DNA of 63,845 nucleotides, counting the filler, from Octopus bimaculoides (lineage: Eukaryota): the NCBI RefSeq assembly GCF_001194135.2. It is 7 parts of 7 records of this genome, joined end to end, with 100 filler letters (N's around TTAATTAATTAA, not from the genome) between each part and the next. Parts side by side here need not be neighbours in the genome. Positions count along the whole stretch, not along the records: positions 58,732 to 62,693 come from NC_069002.1; positions 62,794 to 63,845 come from NC_068994.1; 5 more parts are not named here. The stretch is one strand, 5' to 3'. Position numbers and translations under genes: made by a program. Of the stretch, positions 61,298 through 63,845 are shown in pieces (the first letter of the stretch is position 1; every line of letters begins with the position of its first letter). The notes below the pieces were generated by a model. It worked only from the letters and a program-made list of their open reading frames with translations, did not search any database and was not told where the DNA came from.

Positions 61298-62265
61298 AAA
61301 TTTGTTCTTATTGTTTATATTATTGCATTATTTTTTTGCATATTATAAAATTTATTATTATCAATAAAAAAACTAAATTTAATCTTATTTTTTAGTCTAC
61401 TATTATTATATTTATGTTTTGCATTATAATCATCCCTATTACTAATACTATGATTACCTAAATAAAACATGTCCTAATTATTTATGTTAGGTTTATTATC
61501 ATAAAAAACATAGGTATCAATTGAATTATAATCTTTTATATTATAATTATATTTAGAATTATTAAAGAATTTAATATTATTATTATATCCCGCCTCCTGC
61601 AGGGCGTCCTAATAATAAGGTGCGTGCTTTGGAAAATCTGAAAATTAGATGTAAGTAACGATATTCTTTTACCTGAATTATCTCTCAACGATTTCTTAAT
61701 GGAGGGTGGATAAAATTAATGTAAACAGCCAAGCGCAATCTGATATCACAAAGGATAAACTCAATCGTCACTGAGATAGACTTAGGATACCGGAGTACCT
61801 ACAATGGAAATAAGAGTTAAAATAATCTTAGCATTGCATGTGGAGCGAAGAATGTACACGCATGCTGGTAGGGGAGACAACCAACATACGACCACTTCGA
61901 GGATCCTCCGACTTGATCTAGTTTCGTCTGGATTTGTAGACATCATCTGTGCGCAGAGCTCGAATGGCGTAAGGTGAGAGAGCATAAATCTCTAGGATTA
62001 AGAGTTAAATACTCGTAATGCTCTTCTTAAGTGGAGCGGAGAATGTACACAAAGCTGATAGAAAGTTTCTGACAAGATTTCAGGATTTGTGGATAACAAT
62101 TTCAGACGAAGGACACTAAATCAAGAGCAATAAAGCTGAAGTGAAAATCCAAAACACAGTGACCATCCCCAACTTAAACAATAAATATACATATATGCAC
62201 GCATACATACACACACAGACACACACAGACTCACATATATAGGAAAAATTAAAAAGTATTCAAGA

Positions 62266-62410
62266 GTTCAGATTGTTATTAAAACATTTATATCTTCATA
62301 TCTTCTACATATGTTTCGATCGATGCATTCAAAATACCGTATTTTGAATGCATCCATTGAAACATATGTAGAACACATAAAGATATAAATGTTTTAATAA
62401 CATCCTGAGC
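62266..62410. other. Near-perfect long inverted repeat (63-bp arms, 3-nt loop)
   Basis: 62274-62336 pairs with 62340-62402 in exact register, 58/63 matches counted by hand. Confidence 0.95.
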
Positions 62411-62660
62411 GTCTGTCTCCCTTTTCAGTTTTTCGTATCTTCTCCTAAATACGACATACTTATCCCGGAATCAAATCACATACAAGTGTGATCATTGTTT
62501 CCTAGGACGCTTAAGCAACACTTAGCAACCTTGTAATTATTCCCCTGGATCTTTCCTACAAATTGTACATACATGCATATATTCCAATCGAAATCATTTC
62601 CATGAAGTATGCTTGGAGAATTGACAGAAGTAACTTGTTTATTCATAAATAACGTGTGTG

Positions 62661-62693
<33 letters not shown>

Positions 62694-62793
62694 NNNNNNN
62701 NNNNNNNNNNNNNNNNNNNNNNNNNNNNNNNNNNNNNTTAATTAATTAANNNNNNNNNNNNNNNNNNNNNNNNNNNNNNNNNNNNNNNNNNNN

Positions 62794-62838
<45 letters not shown>

Positions 62839-63845
62839 CATATACACATACATATACATACATACATGCATATACGTTTATATACATATATTATATATGC
62901 ACACAACTCACATACACACGAATACACACACACACATATATACACAGATACACACATATATAAATTTCTCATGCAGCAGCTATTATCATTGTACTCAACA
63001 GCTGTTTCATTAAGATAAAGATCATTGAACATATAATTACGCAACTGTGATACATAGTTGATTTCAATTAAATTATTTCGATTAAATTAAAATAAAATAA
63101 GTTTAAAAATTGTGTTTGCCCAAATCATTAGGAGTATTGTGTAACAATATGAGGGCGTTTAACGACCTTCAATTAATTAAACTTAAAAATACAGGTATAT
63201 ATATATATCTTGACGTTCATGTATTAATTCTCTCGTCCTCTCCTTTCTGAAGGTGGCTCAATTCGAGTTCAAGAAAATGAGCAAAAAACAAACAAAACAA
63301 AACACAATGGCATAACCAAAATATCTGTGGACCCTAAAAGTCATATAACTTATGACCTTCACCTTGAAAGGCAATCTTGTGGCCCACTTCAGCTCCTTAG
63401 ATGCACACACATGCACACACGTATCGATGATGTTCTGCATACACACACACGCATACAAACATTGACACACACACATACATACATACACACAAGCATGCAT
63501 ACATGCATACACACATCTATGCATACATATGTACATACGTACATGAATGCATACCTACATAATCACATGCATATATGCATGTACACATACATACACACTC
63601 TCACAGATACACACCACACACACATTACACACACCACACACACACGCGTTCACTTTCATACATCAAGATTGTTTCGTTGTTCAAATTTTAAACAGATCCC
63701 CCCCCCGCTTTTTTTTTTTTGGTTCTTTCTCTTATCATATTGGTTTATGGAAATTCCATCATCGGTTCCAAATTATTGTGGGTGAGATTTCGACCGCAGA
63801 CGAGTGCTTCCAGCGTCCCGATGACGAAAGCATCCGTGACGTCAT

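Overview
AT-rich, microsatellite-dense eukaryotic DNA with N gaps. The SINE/LINE/Penelope repertoire looks like an octopus (coleoid cephalopod) draft assembly; that assignment is inferred, not searched. Two host genes are supported, both on +. (1) A ZNF800-like C2H2/C2HC zinc-finger gene whose 1924-aa CDS lies in one giant exon (13470-19244), with an AT-hook and three tandem coding repeat arrays. (2) The first two coding exons of an ABCA-family transporter (51412-51498, 51760-52126). The rest is mostly transposon relics: R4/Dong, RTE, CR1-like and Tx1/L1-like LINEs, several Penelope-like elements (PLEs), Tc1/mariner/Tigger DNA elements, MITEs, a Helitron helicase fragment and several SINE families. 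Highlights: a PLE 3' end joining a tRNA-like Pol III head to a minimal hammerhead ribozyme; a PLE > SINE > ORF1-only LINE nest with readable target-site duplications (TSDs); a SINE tail matching a Tx1-like LINE 3' end; an 11-copy DMATET array in the zinc-finger protein resembling multivalent LC8 motifs; and several near-perfect hairpins.
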